A stretch of DNA of 63,420 nt, counting the filler, from Folioceros fuciformis (taxonomy: Eukaryota), in assembly GCA_049999805.1 (NCBI GenBank). It is 12 parts of 12 records of this genome, joined end to end, with 100 filler letters (N's around TTAATTAATTAA, not from the genome) between each part and the next. Parts side by side here need not be neighbours in the genome. Positions count along the whole stretch, not along the records: positions 33,770 to 38,913 come from JBNGIO010001868.1; positions 39,014 to 44,397 come from JBNGIO010001870.1; positions 44,498 to 46,112 come from JBNGIO010001871.1; positions 46,213 to 49,010 come from JBNGIO010001872.1; 8 more parts are not named here. The stretch is one strand, 5' to 3'. The translations under genes and the position numbers were made by a program. The notes beneath the pieces are model-generated. The model ran no database searches. It was not told where the DNA came from and saw nothing but the letters and a program-made list of their open reading frames with translations. The stretch's first letter is position 1; each line of letters begins with the position of its first letter. Of the stretch, positions 36,547 to 48,318 are shown piece by piece.

Positions 36547-38152
36547 ATGGACGGCCCACGAGCAAGGGAGCCGCGTGAGGCGGTGCTCCTGCTGTTACTG
36601 CTGCTGTTGTTTTCGAGCAATGCGGGGACACTAGCAGCTCCCCTGGTGCCGGCCTTGTACATTCTGGGCGACTCCCTGGTGGATCCAGGCAACAACAACT
36701 ACATCCCTCTGGCGCTGGCCAAGGCCAACTTCCCCTACAACGGCATCGACTTCCCGCAGGGCTTCACAGGTCGCTTCTGTAACGGACGCACCACCTTCGA
36801 CGTCGTCAGTAAGTGCAGTGGTGGGATGATCATGTATCGGCGCTTCCCGGACTTTCTCTTCCATTCCTCCCTTCCAACAGATTGTGTGGCTTGTCCAGCA
36901 AGTCTTCTGGGTTTCTCGAGATACCCACCACCTTATCTGGATCCCGCGGTGCAAGAGGGCAAAGATCTCCTGCAAGGCGTGAATTTCGCATCTGCAGCAG
37001 CTGGAATTCTCGACTCCACTGGACTCAACTACGTATGCAATTCTCAGGCTGTGCAGTGCATCTGTGCAATGCATCCTCTCCTGCCGGGCAAATCTTTCCT
37101 TGTCATTAATCTGGTACTAATCCTGGTTGCATCCACCACAGGCTGAGCGGGTGCCTCTCAACAAGCAGCTTCACTTTCTGGAACACAACACGCTTCCGAC
37201 TCTCTTGAACGATTACTTCAACGGCGATCAGGCTCAGTTCCAAGCGTACCTGGCCAAATCCCTGTGGACAATCGTGGTCGGAAGCAACGACTACATCAAC
37301 AACTACCTGCTGGCCAAGAGCCCTTTGCGCGCCCTCTCTCCACAGGCTTTCCAGCAGCTTCTCGTCACCTCTTACCAATCCCAACTGGAGGTACCCATCA
37401 CACTCTCTTCTCCAAAATCTCAGTCTGAAGTAACTGTTCTTCTTGCATCTTCTGTCCGCTCATCATCGGACCCGGTATGTGTTTGCCGCTCGTGGCGCAG
37501 AGATTGAGAAACTTGGGGGCGCGCAAAATCATCGTGGCTGGAGTGGGCCCCTTGGGCTGCATCCCCTCCCAGCTCTCCAAGAACCCACAAACCAACGGCG
37601 CCTGTGTGGCTCCAGTCAATCAAGTCGTGGTCAATTTCAATGCCGCAGTGAAGGCCATGTTGGAAGGCCTCAATTCCAAGTACGCCGGTTCCTCCACCTT
37701 CCTATTCGCCAACACGTACGACACGGTCTTTCCACTCATCAACAATCCCTCCCTCGCCGCGGCCAATGGTACTCCAGGACCTCTTCCTCCTCCTCCGGGA
37801 CCATGGCACACCTGCATCTCTTTCAACAATGGCCATGACGCAGTGTCGATCCTCTGCATTAGACTTTGCAAGTATTATGAACTTTGCATTTCATCATCTG
37901 ACAATGCACAAATTTCCTCTTCCAGGCTTTCAGGTGACCAACATAGGATGCTGCGGCTCTGGAGCTTACAACGGGGTCACTCCTTGCGCCTATTTCCTAG
38001 GGGCCACGGTCTGTTCCGACAGAACGAAATACATCTTCTGGGACGCATTCCACCCCACAGACGCTGTTAATATCATCATCGCCAATCAAATTTTTTCTGG
38101 AGGGCCGGAAAGCATCAGCCCTATCAACGTTAGACAGCTAGCTGCAATTTGA
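36547..38152 (+). CDS. GDSL esterase/lipase 2 (5 exons)
   Basis: Signal peptide; ILGDSLVDPGNN; TGRFCNG; GVNFAS; VGSNDY; GPLGCIP; FWDAFHPT. Confidence 0.95.
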
Positions 38153-38719
38153 TACACGGTATGCACACGGACATTCGCAAACGCTGCGTTAGCTAGCTAT
38201 GTACCACATCTGTAACACTTGTTATGCCTGCGCTTCCCTGGGCATTTGCAATTCAGATATTGCAGATCACGTTCGCTCTCGTTCCTGACTGCAGCTTACA
38301 ACGAAAACCTACTTATGGTACACTTCGCACCTATGACCGTAAGCCTGTAAAGCCGAGGAGGGAAAAATTGTTGCACATACCCAAACATGCATTCGCAAGC
38401 TGGGGTTCTTGGAAAAGCTGCAAAGGCACGGAGTGTCTGCAAAACTGGTGCCAGCCTGTAGAAGTGTGGTGAAGCAGATGAACAAAATTTTACAGGAGTG
38501 CCAGGGGATGCCACCAACTACTTGTTCCACCTCATGTCGTCATGACGTCGATCGCCAGAATCTGGAACGAAGACAAAGAGACACAGCAACATCACACAGG
38601 CTGTTCGGGGACTTCTGACAAACCAGCAATGTGCCATCCCCGTGACCGAGCAGACCCGGCAGAGTGCAGGGCCGCTCGCGTGAAGGTGACGCGGCATTCA
38701 CGCAATGGCAAAGCTTGCT

Positions 38720-38913
38720 TACCTTTGCCCTTCCAGATGGCCATGATCACCACTGCCAGCACGACCACGGCCAGACCTCCTCCGATGGCGGCAGCAGCAG
38801 CGTGGTTATTGCGGAAGACACCTCTTGGTGAGGCCCGGGGGGAGTTGGCCAAGGAAGCGCTCTGGCCGGGAGCTATGCCCGCCCCGACGGGTGAGGACTG
38901 GGAAGGCGGAGGG
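38720..38913 (-). CDS. Fragment of a Pro/Ser-rich single-pass membrane protein
   Basis: PPPSQSSP...AAAAAIGGGLAVVVLAVVIMAIWKGK then donor GTAAGC; 5' end cut by the contig end. Confidence 0.5.
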
Positions 38914-39013
38914 NNNNNNNNNNNNNNNNNNNNNNNNNNNNNNNNNNNNNNNNNNNNTTAATTAATTAANNNNNNNNNNNNNNNNNNNNNNNNNNNNNNN
39001 NNNNNNNNNNNNN

Positions 39014-39454
39014 TTTGTCATCCATGGTGGGACATCGAGGGTGGAGCCTGGCCTGGACCTGGTTGTTCACAACAACAGATTGTTCCTAATAGGAAAGGTG
39101 GAGGGCGAGAATGCGGAGGAAGACGCGTTCGAGTACTTCCCTATCATGTCGGGATGTATCGTGTGGGAAGTGGTGGAAACTGAGCCAGATCTGAGAGTTG
39201 GCTCTGCCCGCCGGGCACCCTCCTACTTTACGGAAGATTGGGCCGGTGCATTCGCTGGCCGTGACGGGTTGCTCTACATCCAGCTGTCCGACACCAGCCC
39301 CAGAGTTGTGGTGTGTGACCTATGGACAGCACCATATTCCTGGTGGCTGCTCCCTCCGTCGCCGGCAGCCGAGCAGCAATGTCATGGGGGTGTCTCATTC
39401 GTCACCATGCCTGTCGAACCTGAGCTTGATGCTTTCGTGGGCAGCCAGAGTTGA
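39014..39454 (+). CDS. C-terminal fragment of a plant F-box (beta-propeller type) protein
   Basis: LVVHNNRLFLIG..IVWEV..GLLYI..VVVCDL..WWLLPPSP..VEPELDA is the typical C-terminal pattern; the F-box itself is not in view. Confidence 0.68.
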   Translation, partial: FVIHGGTSRVEPGLDLVVHNNRLFLIGKVEGENAEEDAFEYFPIMSGCIVWEVVETEPDLRVGSARRAPSYFTEDWAGAFAGRDGLLYIQLSDTSPRVVVCDLWTAPYSWWLLPPSPAAEQQCHGGVSFVTMPVEPELDAFVGSQS

Positions 39455-41162
39455 TGGAATGGTTTCCCGTGGCATTGGCTGGGACGCCTTTGTCCTTGGG
39501 ACCCAATGGTGGGAGGTAGCATAGCGTGGCATACAGTTACGAGCAGAACACTGCAGATATCGGCGAAGGTGAAGCTGTCGACGGGTGCTGACCTCGATTT
39601 CCATGGCGACAAAATGATGAAATGGGTCCTCACTGTACATACACCCAGGCATGGAATCTGAGTTGACGTAGTTGCTCTCAGCTTTCAGACCCAACTTTCC
39701 TTTCCTTGCTGACGAACAGGTCACTGGTCGGAATGGTTTGAACAAGCGAGGGTTCTTCACTGTGTTCTCAATGCAGGGATGAGTTTTGAGTGACGACTGT
39801 ACATACGCTGCGGTCACGGAAACAGAGTTGCTTGAGGCACGAGGACTTGGGTACGCAACTAGCTTGTGCAAACCATTCCGACTGTGTAAACCATTCCGAC
39901 TGTGTGTGCTTTTGTTGCACATGAAGTTGTTCTTCGGAAAACGACAGATGTGCATGAGGACGCTGTCTTCAGGATTCGTGCCGGAATTGGAGCATGCAGA
40001 CAGTGTGCAGCTGACTCCCCGGGGAAACTTCACTTTTCCATGGGCTGTACGGTGAAGCAACTAGTCGTCACTGACCGTACGCTTCCTATCTTTCAGACAA
40101 TTTTTGTGTTCCTGTCGAGGACAAGGAAATAGGTTTGAACACGTAGGCTGTACGTCGCCTGTCGGTCTGTAGACAAACCGTTCGCAATAAAGGGAGCTGT
40201 TCTCACCTTCCGGACATAAATTTTGTTTTCGTTCTGTGAACAAATCATTTTCCGCACGCAGAGGAGCATTATCACCTATCTCTACCTCGGTACTAAGCCT
40301 CTGGCCACGTCCAACATTTGCTGTGGCCGGCAACTTAGTCATGTGTAGACTGCAGAGGTTGGACATGCGGAAGCTTGATCATGGTTTTACCATCACAGAT
40401 TACTTGCTTAAATGGCTCTTCCAAGAATGGTTTGGGGGACGGACATTACTAGCATTCTCCTGAGTGAATTTGTAAAGATATCGTAGTCTCCTGAATGCAT
40501 TTGTCAAGATATCGTATTCTCCTGAATGCATTCGTAGTCTCAGGTGAGGTGAGCGTGCAGTGTCGATATGGATGATTCTAAAATAATTGCTGCAAACGTA
40601 TTGTGCTGACAAGCATACTCTGATTAGGTTTTACTCGTAAACTGGGAGACTAGACCGAAGGGTGTGGGGTGGAACGACTGCTGTGGGGGTGGAACGAATG
40701 GCCCCCACACCAGCTACATGACGCAAAAGGCAGCGCAAACAAGGTCAGCGCACACCTGTGCATCCCTGAATTCGTACATGCGTCCAGACATAACACGCAT
40801 GTTACGTTAGACCTCCAGAAAACCAAAGATTTACCCCGGAGTGACACAGATGGCCCGAAACGCAGGTGCAATGACAAGACGCGTAAGGGCACGAGCGAGG
40901 TAGAATGGCCTCAGACGAAAGATGGTGATAAATTTTCAACAGGAACCTTCAGACGTTTTGGGACTATAAGTGCATCATTGGCCATGTCTCCGTCACTGCA
41001 TGCGAGACAATCAAATCTCATTCACTTCATGCCCAGAAACATCACAAAATAACAGCTAGACGCAGAAAAATCACACCACAGGAAGACGCTAACATCTCAA
41101 GGAAGGCTCAGGGCAGACGCAGACATCCACTGCACAAGACTTTCACGCAGGACTTAATGAAC

Positions 41163-41520
41163 GAAGTTGTCAGCTGGTAGTGCATGTTGTATCATCACAA
41201 GATGTAAGAACAGGTCTATGGATTGATCATCATCCAACTTCGGTCTAGAGACGAAAGCAACTTCACATCAGCCTGGAGAGGAAAGCACCTCCTCATCAGT
41301 CTGGAGAGGAAAGCAGCTCGCTCAATGGGCAATACAGGCATGAACCACAGTGTAGGGGTAACAAACTCGAGAGACAACCCACAACAAAATAACGCACTCG
41401 ACAGAGAAGAACACATATACTACACATAACTGTAAATGGAGAAGTTGTCCGCTGGTAGTGCATGTTGTGTCATCACAAGACTTAAGAACAAGTCTATGAG
41501 ATCATCATCCTCCAACTTCG
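41163..41520. repeat. ~80-bp direct repeat pair (41163-41242 and 41441-41520)
   Basis: GAAGTTGTC.GCTGGTAGTGCATGTTGT.TCATCACAAGA..TAAGAACA.GTCTATG...CCAACTTCG occurs twice. Confidence 0.85.
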
Positions 41521-42252
41521 AAGGGCCCAACGCTCAACACAGGCATCCAGCAAGATGCAGAAGTCCAGAGGTCAGAAACTCAAGAGAGAGACCATGTTTA
41601 CCCCACTCATGTTAGAGAGCGTCACGCACTTAACAGCCTGCGACCATAAGTTGAGCTCATCAAACAAAGGGTTCAGACAAAACATTCAGAAGCTGTGCGC
41701 TGGCTTGGTGCAACGCCACGGCACCGGTCGGTACCTGGCGCCAGGACACCAGCAACTCTCTGGAACACAAAGAGGCCGCACATCGGCGGACATGCCTAAC
41801 CACCTAAGGTCAGACAACGCAGACGAAAGAACGGACAACACGCACGCAAAGGGCAGCAAGCGCGGAGACATGGAACCTAGAAGGCACACAGACAGACCTG
41901 ATCCGTCGTCCAAGATCAGGACACGCTCAGAACTCCAGAGCCAAGCCGGGACCAACCCTCCTTCCTGAGGCACACGAGGTTACAGCGACATCCTCCAAAG
42001 AAAAGGGTAAGCGCAGTACAGCACCCTAAGCCGACCCCTTCGTCGTTATAAAGCCCATATACCAGATTCTGGGGTTTTTTTGGCTTTATTTTATTTTATT
42101 TTAGGGTGTTTTAGAAAATTGTTAAAAAAAAAACTTTCTTTCAATAGCAAAACAATCAAACGGGGCACCTGTGGCACCTCCCTTAATGGGCCCTCTGAGG
42201 GTACTTCCAATGGGTCCCAATTAGACAGGTTCAAGTGTATACAGGACGGAAC

Positions 42253-43725
42253 CCACCAACGAAGGGCTATCTGCCTTGTTCACCTTCGCGGTGAACAAGG
42301 CAGATAGCCCCTTACCAAGGATGTGTGCACGCAAGGTCCTCTTGTCAACCTTGCGAGGCTCCGGCGACATGTGGAAGAGCACTATCCAATCGCACGTGTG
42401 GTCAGCCCTTTCAGACGGCCACAGACTGCAAATTTAGTGACGGCCTTCCGTCATACATAGGCTGCGTTGTCGGACTTCATGTCGGCACATGTTCAGGCAG
42501 AATTGTTGCCTAGTTGTCTGAATCTCCAAGATACGAGAGACATCACTCTTCAAATCACTCCAATTCGGCGTTTGCTTTCGGTACATCTCAAGAAACTCTT
42601 ACCACTGCTAAGCCCTGATAAACTCCAGCGAGGTATGTACTGTATGGTAAAGTACGTATCGTGGGCGACAACTAGCAAGCAGAATTTGGAAATTCACTAT
42701 CCACACCTCCACATCACTGTAAACAGATGCATAGGAAATGCGGCTTCATCTGTGTGCAGATACAGATACAGACGCGGCTATTTGTTGCTGACAAACCCAC
42801 TTATTGATCACCACCGCTACATGCAAACCATCAGTGGTATTCGAGGGTCACGCCAGGCGCCATTCGTCACGACAAAGTAATCGAAGGCACGAAACCCGAA
42901 GCGCCAGGTTGACCTTGTCATGTCGTTGATCGCGTCATGCTAAGCACAGTGTCACCGACCACACCTCACTTCGGCGTGTTTACTGTCCACAATCTGAGCT
43001 CTAATAATAGAGTGCCTGGCCGTAATGCATGCCGATCATTGTAACCTCAATCCGTAACTGGTTGTATTCAAGCTGTATACATCTACTGGCGCAAATTTGA
43101 AGGAGACACCAAAGAAGGCGTGTCCTGGAAGCCATGTCATGGAAGCCACCAAAGAAGGGTGTCCTTCGGGGGTGAACAAGACAGAGAGATCCTTACAAAG
43201 GATGACACCCATATTCTTTTCCACAAGCTTGTGAGGCTCCGTGGAAGAGCACAATCCAATCGTGCAAGTCTTCAGCCCCTTCCGACGGCTACGGACTCCT
43301 CAAGGTCAGTGACCACCTTCCGTCATCCATACTGTGCTGTAAGTGTCGTTGCACGTATTCAGGCAGAATTGTTACCTCCTCTCGGAATATTCGAGATGGG
43401 AGACATTACTCCTCAAATCACTCCAATTCGGCGTTTTTCTGTACGTGTAGGCATGGTCTTGACACCGTTTTTGTTGTCAGCACATGAACAAACCTTGTGA
43501 AACAAATTACGTACGGATGTATGTGCTTGTACGTGTCGTGAGTGACGACAAGCAAGCAGAAATCGAAAATTCACTGTCAACACTTCGGCATCACCCTACA
43601 CAGATGCGCAGGATGCGGCTCATCTGTCATCTGATACAGATACAGACACAGCCATTTGCTGCTGGCCGACCAACTTATTGATCACCACTGATACACGCAA
43701 ACCACCAGTGGCCTTCGAGGGTCAC
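42253..43725. repeat. Diverged ~600-bp direct duplication (42253-42851 and 43146-43725)
   Basis: Collinear shared blocks GTGGAAGAGCAC, TTCAGGCAGAATTGTT, CAAATCACTCCAATTCGGCGTTT, ACAGATACAGAC, ACTTATTGATCACCAC, TTCGAGGGTCAC. Confidence 0.88.
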
Positions 43726-43755
43726 AGGACTCCAAGCCCATTAAACGCAAATTCG

Positions 43756-44397
43756 TCAGTGCCAGTGACGGGTGACAACCCACTTGGTGCTAAATTTCCA
43801 GTGGGAAAGCCTATAAATCCCATTATCAAAGACCGGAACTCTGGAGGAGAACCCGACATACGATTTCTCATTCACGTAATCCGACAGCTTCAGACTGGAG
43901 TATTCCAGGTTCAGCTTCGCCTTCTTCTTGTTCGGCTTCCCGTTAGCAGACACGTTTTGAAACTTCACAGACAGATACTCCTTCCTGGCATCGTAATCGA
44001 TGAACACCCCAATCTTCCGATCGATGAAGCTCAGCCCGTCCCACAGGAAGCTGCTCACCACCGAGTCCACGCTGTTGATGTCCAGTCCAACGTGCGGAAT
44101 CTGCGGGTCCCAGGTCTCTTCCGCCACGCGGGAGGTGTCGATCTCCACGGCCACGGTCTTTGTCTTCTTCCCGCGCAGGGACTTGCCCGTCGCGGGATCG
44201 ATCTTGAACAAGCCGAGACTCTCAGGCCCGCTGTTCCCCACATCCTGGTTGGGGGTGTTGGCGAAGGCGAATCCCCCACCGAACAGCACCCGCACGGTCC
44301 GCTCAAAGTCGCGGTCGAAGTTGACCACATACTCCGTGGAGAAAGAGGCCGCGAGCTTGCTCTTCTTCTTGTACAGCCGCACCTTCTTGTTGTACGT
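43756..44397 (-). CDS. Legume (L-type) lectin domain protein, 5' truncated
   Basis: SFSTEYV, GGGFAF, VAVEIDT, PHVGLDINSVDS, IDYDA, YVGFSS, WKFST; stop follows the domain, with no TM or kinase. Confidence 0.88.
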   Translation of the reverse strand, partial: TYNKKVRLYKKKSKLAASFSTEYVVNFDRDFERTVRVLFGGGFAFANTPNQDVGNSGPESLGLFKIDPATGKSLRGKKTKTVAVEIDTSRVAEETWDPQIPHVGLDINSVDSVVSSFLWDGLSFIDRKIGVFIDYDARKEYLSVKFQNVSANGKPNKKKAKLNLEYSSLKLSDYVNEKSYVGFSSRVPVFDNGIYRLSHWKFSTKWVVTRHWH

Positions 44398-44969
44398 NNN
44401 NNNNNNNNNNNNNNNNNNNNNNNNNNNNNNNNNNNNNNNNNTTAATTAATTAANNNNNNNNNNNNNNNNNNNNNNNNNNNNNNNNNNNNNNNNNNNNCTC
44501 ATAAAGCGAGTCCCGTTAACACACGTCGTCGAACGAAACGAACAAGAACTCAAGAGATCCGCAGGGTCAATGCCAGAAGGCTCCTCTTTTTGTTTTTTGT
44601 GTGGTGCCACACTCTCATTTAGATCAATTTTGTTAGATCCTGTAAGAAAAGAAGCGCGATAACCCGTTGCAACAAAGTCAAGGTGAGCGCTTACTTATGC
44701 ACATAACCGCATTGCCACAAAATTGAACTTGCATTATGAGACTCTTAAGAACATGACCTCTTGAGCGCGTCGAAGGTGGCCGGAGGTGTTGCTGTCTTCA
44801 AGTACTCCCTCTTGTACCATTTGGCGGCGGCTCCTCGCAGAACTCCATAGAACAGCTGCACGCGCTGTGCGTCATTCGCCTCCTGATTCGAGATGGTTAA
44901 CTGTTCAAAACGCTCCACAAAATCGTCAGGGTCCTCATATCCTTTCTTCTCTCCATACAGGGGATATGA

Positions 44970-46112
44970 CTACTTAGTAGTCATAGCAACTGGAGCAGCA
45001 TTCATGACTGGCGCAGTGGTTTGAGTTATAGCAGTAGTTTGTCCGGCTACCAGTCCAGGTCTGACCTTTGTTCCTACAAAGCCTGCCTGACCAGAACTGG
45101 GTTCGCGAAACTGACTAAGTTGATGAGGTTGGCCAGGCTGGATCACAACACCTTCCAAGGGTCGTCCCCGAGAGCATTCAACACCAAATACCTCTTCCTC
45201 TATCTCCACTTATTCTACCAGCGGTCGTACTTCCTCGATGGCTGGACCCTTTGGTTCTCCCTGACTGGCGGCTGTTCCACACCCACGTTGTGATCTTCGA
45301 GACACTCGTTGGGATCGTTCCACCGCCTGGCGCTGTCGCCTTTCCACAACTGGTTCCAACAGCTCGGACTCTGAATTACTGTTTCCCCCCCGCGGCATCC
45401 ATCAACCACTTCTACTGGCTCCCTTGGCCTTACTGGTCCTTCCTCAAGCCCTTACTCAACTGTTAGTTACTCACCTATGTGTGTAACAACTATTCATTCC
45501 CCGGCAATGGCACCAAAATGTGGGGTTAAAATATGGTACCCGAGGGTACCGCGAGGTCCACACAAGCCCTCTATGTCGTTGTAGCTTTGGGATTCGATCC
45601 CAAGGGAATGATTCATGTTAAACTACACAGGTTAGCTTCTAAAGTCAATTAGCACCTAAACTCGACTGACCCACGCACACACGTCCAGTGCTCGGTCCTT
45701 ACCCAGCCCCCTTACTTCTCCCACCAGACGACTCTCCTACCACCTAGTCGCTCCAGGAACTACCCCCCCCTGGACTACTCTTGGTGGCCCACCGGACTAC
45801 CCTCCGTTCCCCAATGGACTACTACCGTCGTCTTTCGGGCTACCACTCGTGGGCCCCACTCTCTCTCTCTTTCTCTCTCTAGGATTTTCTCTCTCCGAGT
45901 CGTCCCTTCCCGACTGTTTTCTCGCGCTTTCCCTTTTACGCTTTCCTTCCTTGGTTCTCCACAAAATTGCCTCTCACCCTCAGGATCAAACGCACAAACA
46001 TATGAACAGCAACAATCTGCCGGTCGCCTTCCACCCGTGTGATTTCACACTCTAGATACACCCTTTGCAGTCTCAAATCAACTTCCTCACAGTCTCTCCA
46101 GTCTCATCGCGA
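44970..46112 (-). mobile_element. 5' part of a Gypsy (Athila-like) element: LTR end, PBS and decayed start of an ORF
   Basis: LTR-type ..CCCCACA end at 45519, PBS 3 nt later, then broken ORFs 45210-45398 and 44970-45209. Confidence 0.65.
45498..45515 (-). promoter_or_regulatory. Primer binding site (tRNA-Asp type)
   Basis: TGGTGCCATTGCCGGGGA versus the Athila-type TGGCGCCGTTGCCGGGGA; two transition mismatches. Confidence 0.75.
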
Positions 46113-47821
46113 NNNNNNNNNNNNNNNNNNNNNNNNNNNNNNNNNNNNNNNNNNNNTTAATTAATTAANNNNNNNNNNNNNNNNNNNNNNNNNNNNNNNN
46201 NNNNNNNNNNNNCCAGTTGGAGGAGCTTGCTGTCGGAAGACTTGTGCAGGTCGTGCGCAGGAGTGATGCCTTGGCTGCTCTCCCTCACGGTGTCCCACAT
46301 GCCGGACTCGTCACTGTGTTGAGAGCCAGGAAGAGCAGAGTCCGGAGGATGCATTCTGGAAGAGGGAACCTTGGCGGTAGGAGTCTTGGCCCAGGTTGGT
46401 ACAGCTGCAATGTGGATGGTGGTTGAAGCAGCCAGCCATATCTGATTGTGGAGGCTGAGTTGGAGGACTTGTGTGACCTTGTTGATGGCAGGAAGGAAGA
46501 CTGAGTCTTGCGGGTGGTGGGAAGAGTGAGAGTGTTGCCGGTGGTCGGCCCTTTTCAGAGGACTATGTGAGTGAATCCATGTATGCGAGGAAGCCGGGTT
46601 AGTTGACAGCATCAGAAGTTCGTACCCAGTAGAGGAATGTAGGAAAGCCTGTACAGTGATTTGGACCGGTTTGGCGGTGGGCTTATGCTCAACGTCGGGA
46701 CAAGCACCTGGGCCCACCACATGCCATCCACCTCACCCGGCTTATTCTAAACCTCCGGACAAAGTTACGAGGCACGGCTGTCCAAGCACGTGGGCCCCAC
46801 CACAAGCCATCCACCTTGCCATGCGGATGCATACCATGAGGCCAGCCGTACAGGCGTGCGCTTCACCGTCGCGCACTCCCGTGTAAGACCACCGGCTACC
46901 GCGGCGTTGCTTGTAACCTCTTTATCCGAGGATGTATCGCTACTCGGGATCCATTGGAATGTAGAAATACTTACCTGCTGTTCCTGCGGGGACGCGGAGT
47001 CTTCGTGCTCGTTCCGGTCGGGAGGCCAAGAAGCAACATCGCGAAGCCTTTGAGCTCTCTCGGGTCGAGAGGTGAAGAGGCAACGCCCCTAAGCATCCGT
47101 GCTCGCTCCGGTGAAGAGGCCACGAGGCATTGCATGCAACACTCGAGAACGAGAGGAACTGGGTGTGGGGTGCCACCATTTTTCAAACCTTCTCACAGAA
47201 ACAAGCAACGCTCTTTTGTCTCTTTACCTGAGCGACAATTTCTCTGCGATGATTGTGGTTTGGTGGAAGGGCGAGAGTCTACCTCAGCAATCAGGAGCAG
47301 TTTCTTTCGTGCATCACAGTTAGCGTGAGAACAACTCTGATGGTTAGCACCCTCCACAGGACGATCAACTCGTCACGTGAGGAGCGCCGACACGTTGAGG
47401 ACGGCTGCGAATGAGGGGCCAACCCTAGGAAGAGAAGGCACCACTTTCAAACAAATTGCAGAGTTGCAAGCACACGCCAGAAGATAGGACAATTTTATCA
47501 ACCAACTTGCCGACATCATCAAGGATCTCCATCTGCTGTGTCAAGGACACTTTGTTGTGGACAACATGTAGGAGTCGGCCGCACTCGTCCTCTAGTGTCC
47601 TGCACCCTCCTGTAATTTCTCACCACGTTTATATCGGATTGGTCAGCATCAGATGATGAATTCAGTGATGCTATATACTTCCTTTTTGCTGATGAAACCA
47701 CTTACTCTATTTGGGATTTCTCACCTTGCAATCTGTTAGAGCTTGAGAGGCAGAGAGGCAGAGACAGTTACAACTTGTTCTTAGCAGTGTCCTACCACCT
47801 GTAGTGTCTACTCCTGCAGCT

Positions 47822-48075
47822 ATGTCAAATCCAACCCCTTTGCCTCCTCTCAAAGTAGAATGTAGAGACAAAGATAGATTTAATAGTGTGGATTATAATA
47901 TTTGGGCATTGACACTAACCCATATCCAATAAGAAAATGAGCTTATTCAGATATGGATAAGACCCAAACATGAAAGTTCCTCCAAGAAATGTTGATGAGC
48001 AGCTTGAGTGAGAACGTAGAGATAGATGTGCTTGGTCTATTCTTATTGCTGCCTTGGATAGCAATATGATTATGT
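47822..48075 (+). pseudogene. Degenerate Copia gag N-terminus related to the 4959-9123 element
   Basis: MSNPTPLPPLKVECRDKDRFNSVDYNIW...RRDRCAWSILIAALDSNMI versus KYDFRDKDRFNGTHFEVW...AKDLKARNFIQSALDLSMM. Confidence 0.72.
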
Positions 48076-48211
48076 GGAAAGTATTTAAGTATATCTACTA
48101 GGATAAAAGCTCAGCATCCCTAGTACATGTCTACAGGAAATTGAAAGGGTCTTTACAATGAACTGTAAGTACTCATATAGTTTACTAGAAAGTGGTTTGT
48201 TAAGTTGGCAT

Positions 48212-48318
48212 ATGTCATGGCAAACAGAACAGATGGTTTCTTTGCAAATGTCATGGCAAACAGAACATCTGGTTTCTTTGCAAATGTCATGGCAAACAGA
48301 ATAGATGGTTTCTTGCAA
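48212..48318. repeat. Tandem repeat, 3 x 36 bp
   Basis: Unit ATGTCATGGCAAACAGAACAGATGGTTTCTTTGCAA. Confidence 0.9.

Noticed and set aside
43678-44397. 255-aa plus-strand ORF
   Set aside because: Antisense shadow of the L-type lectin.
46213-47300. Possible ORF, LTR start (TGTAAGACC) or PBS (TGGTGGCA)
   Set aside because: No partner LTR, convincing tRNA match or protein motif.
48085-48318. CSVCHDICKE repeat ORF as a zinc-finger or heme-binding protein
   Set aside because: Translation of a 36-bp DNA tandem repeat next to a TE remnant; no ATG start or gene structure.
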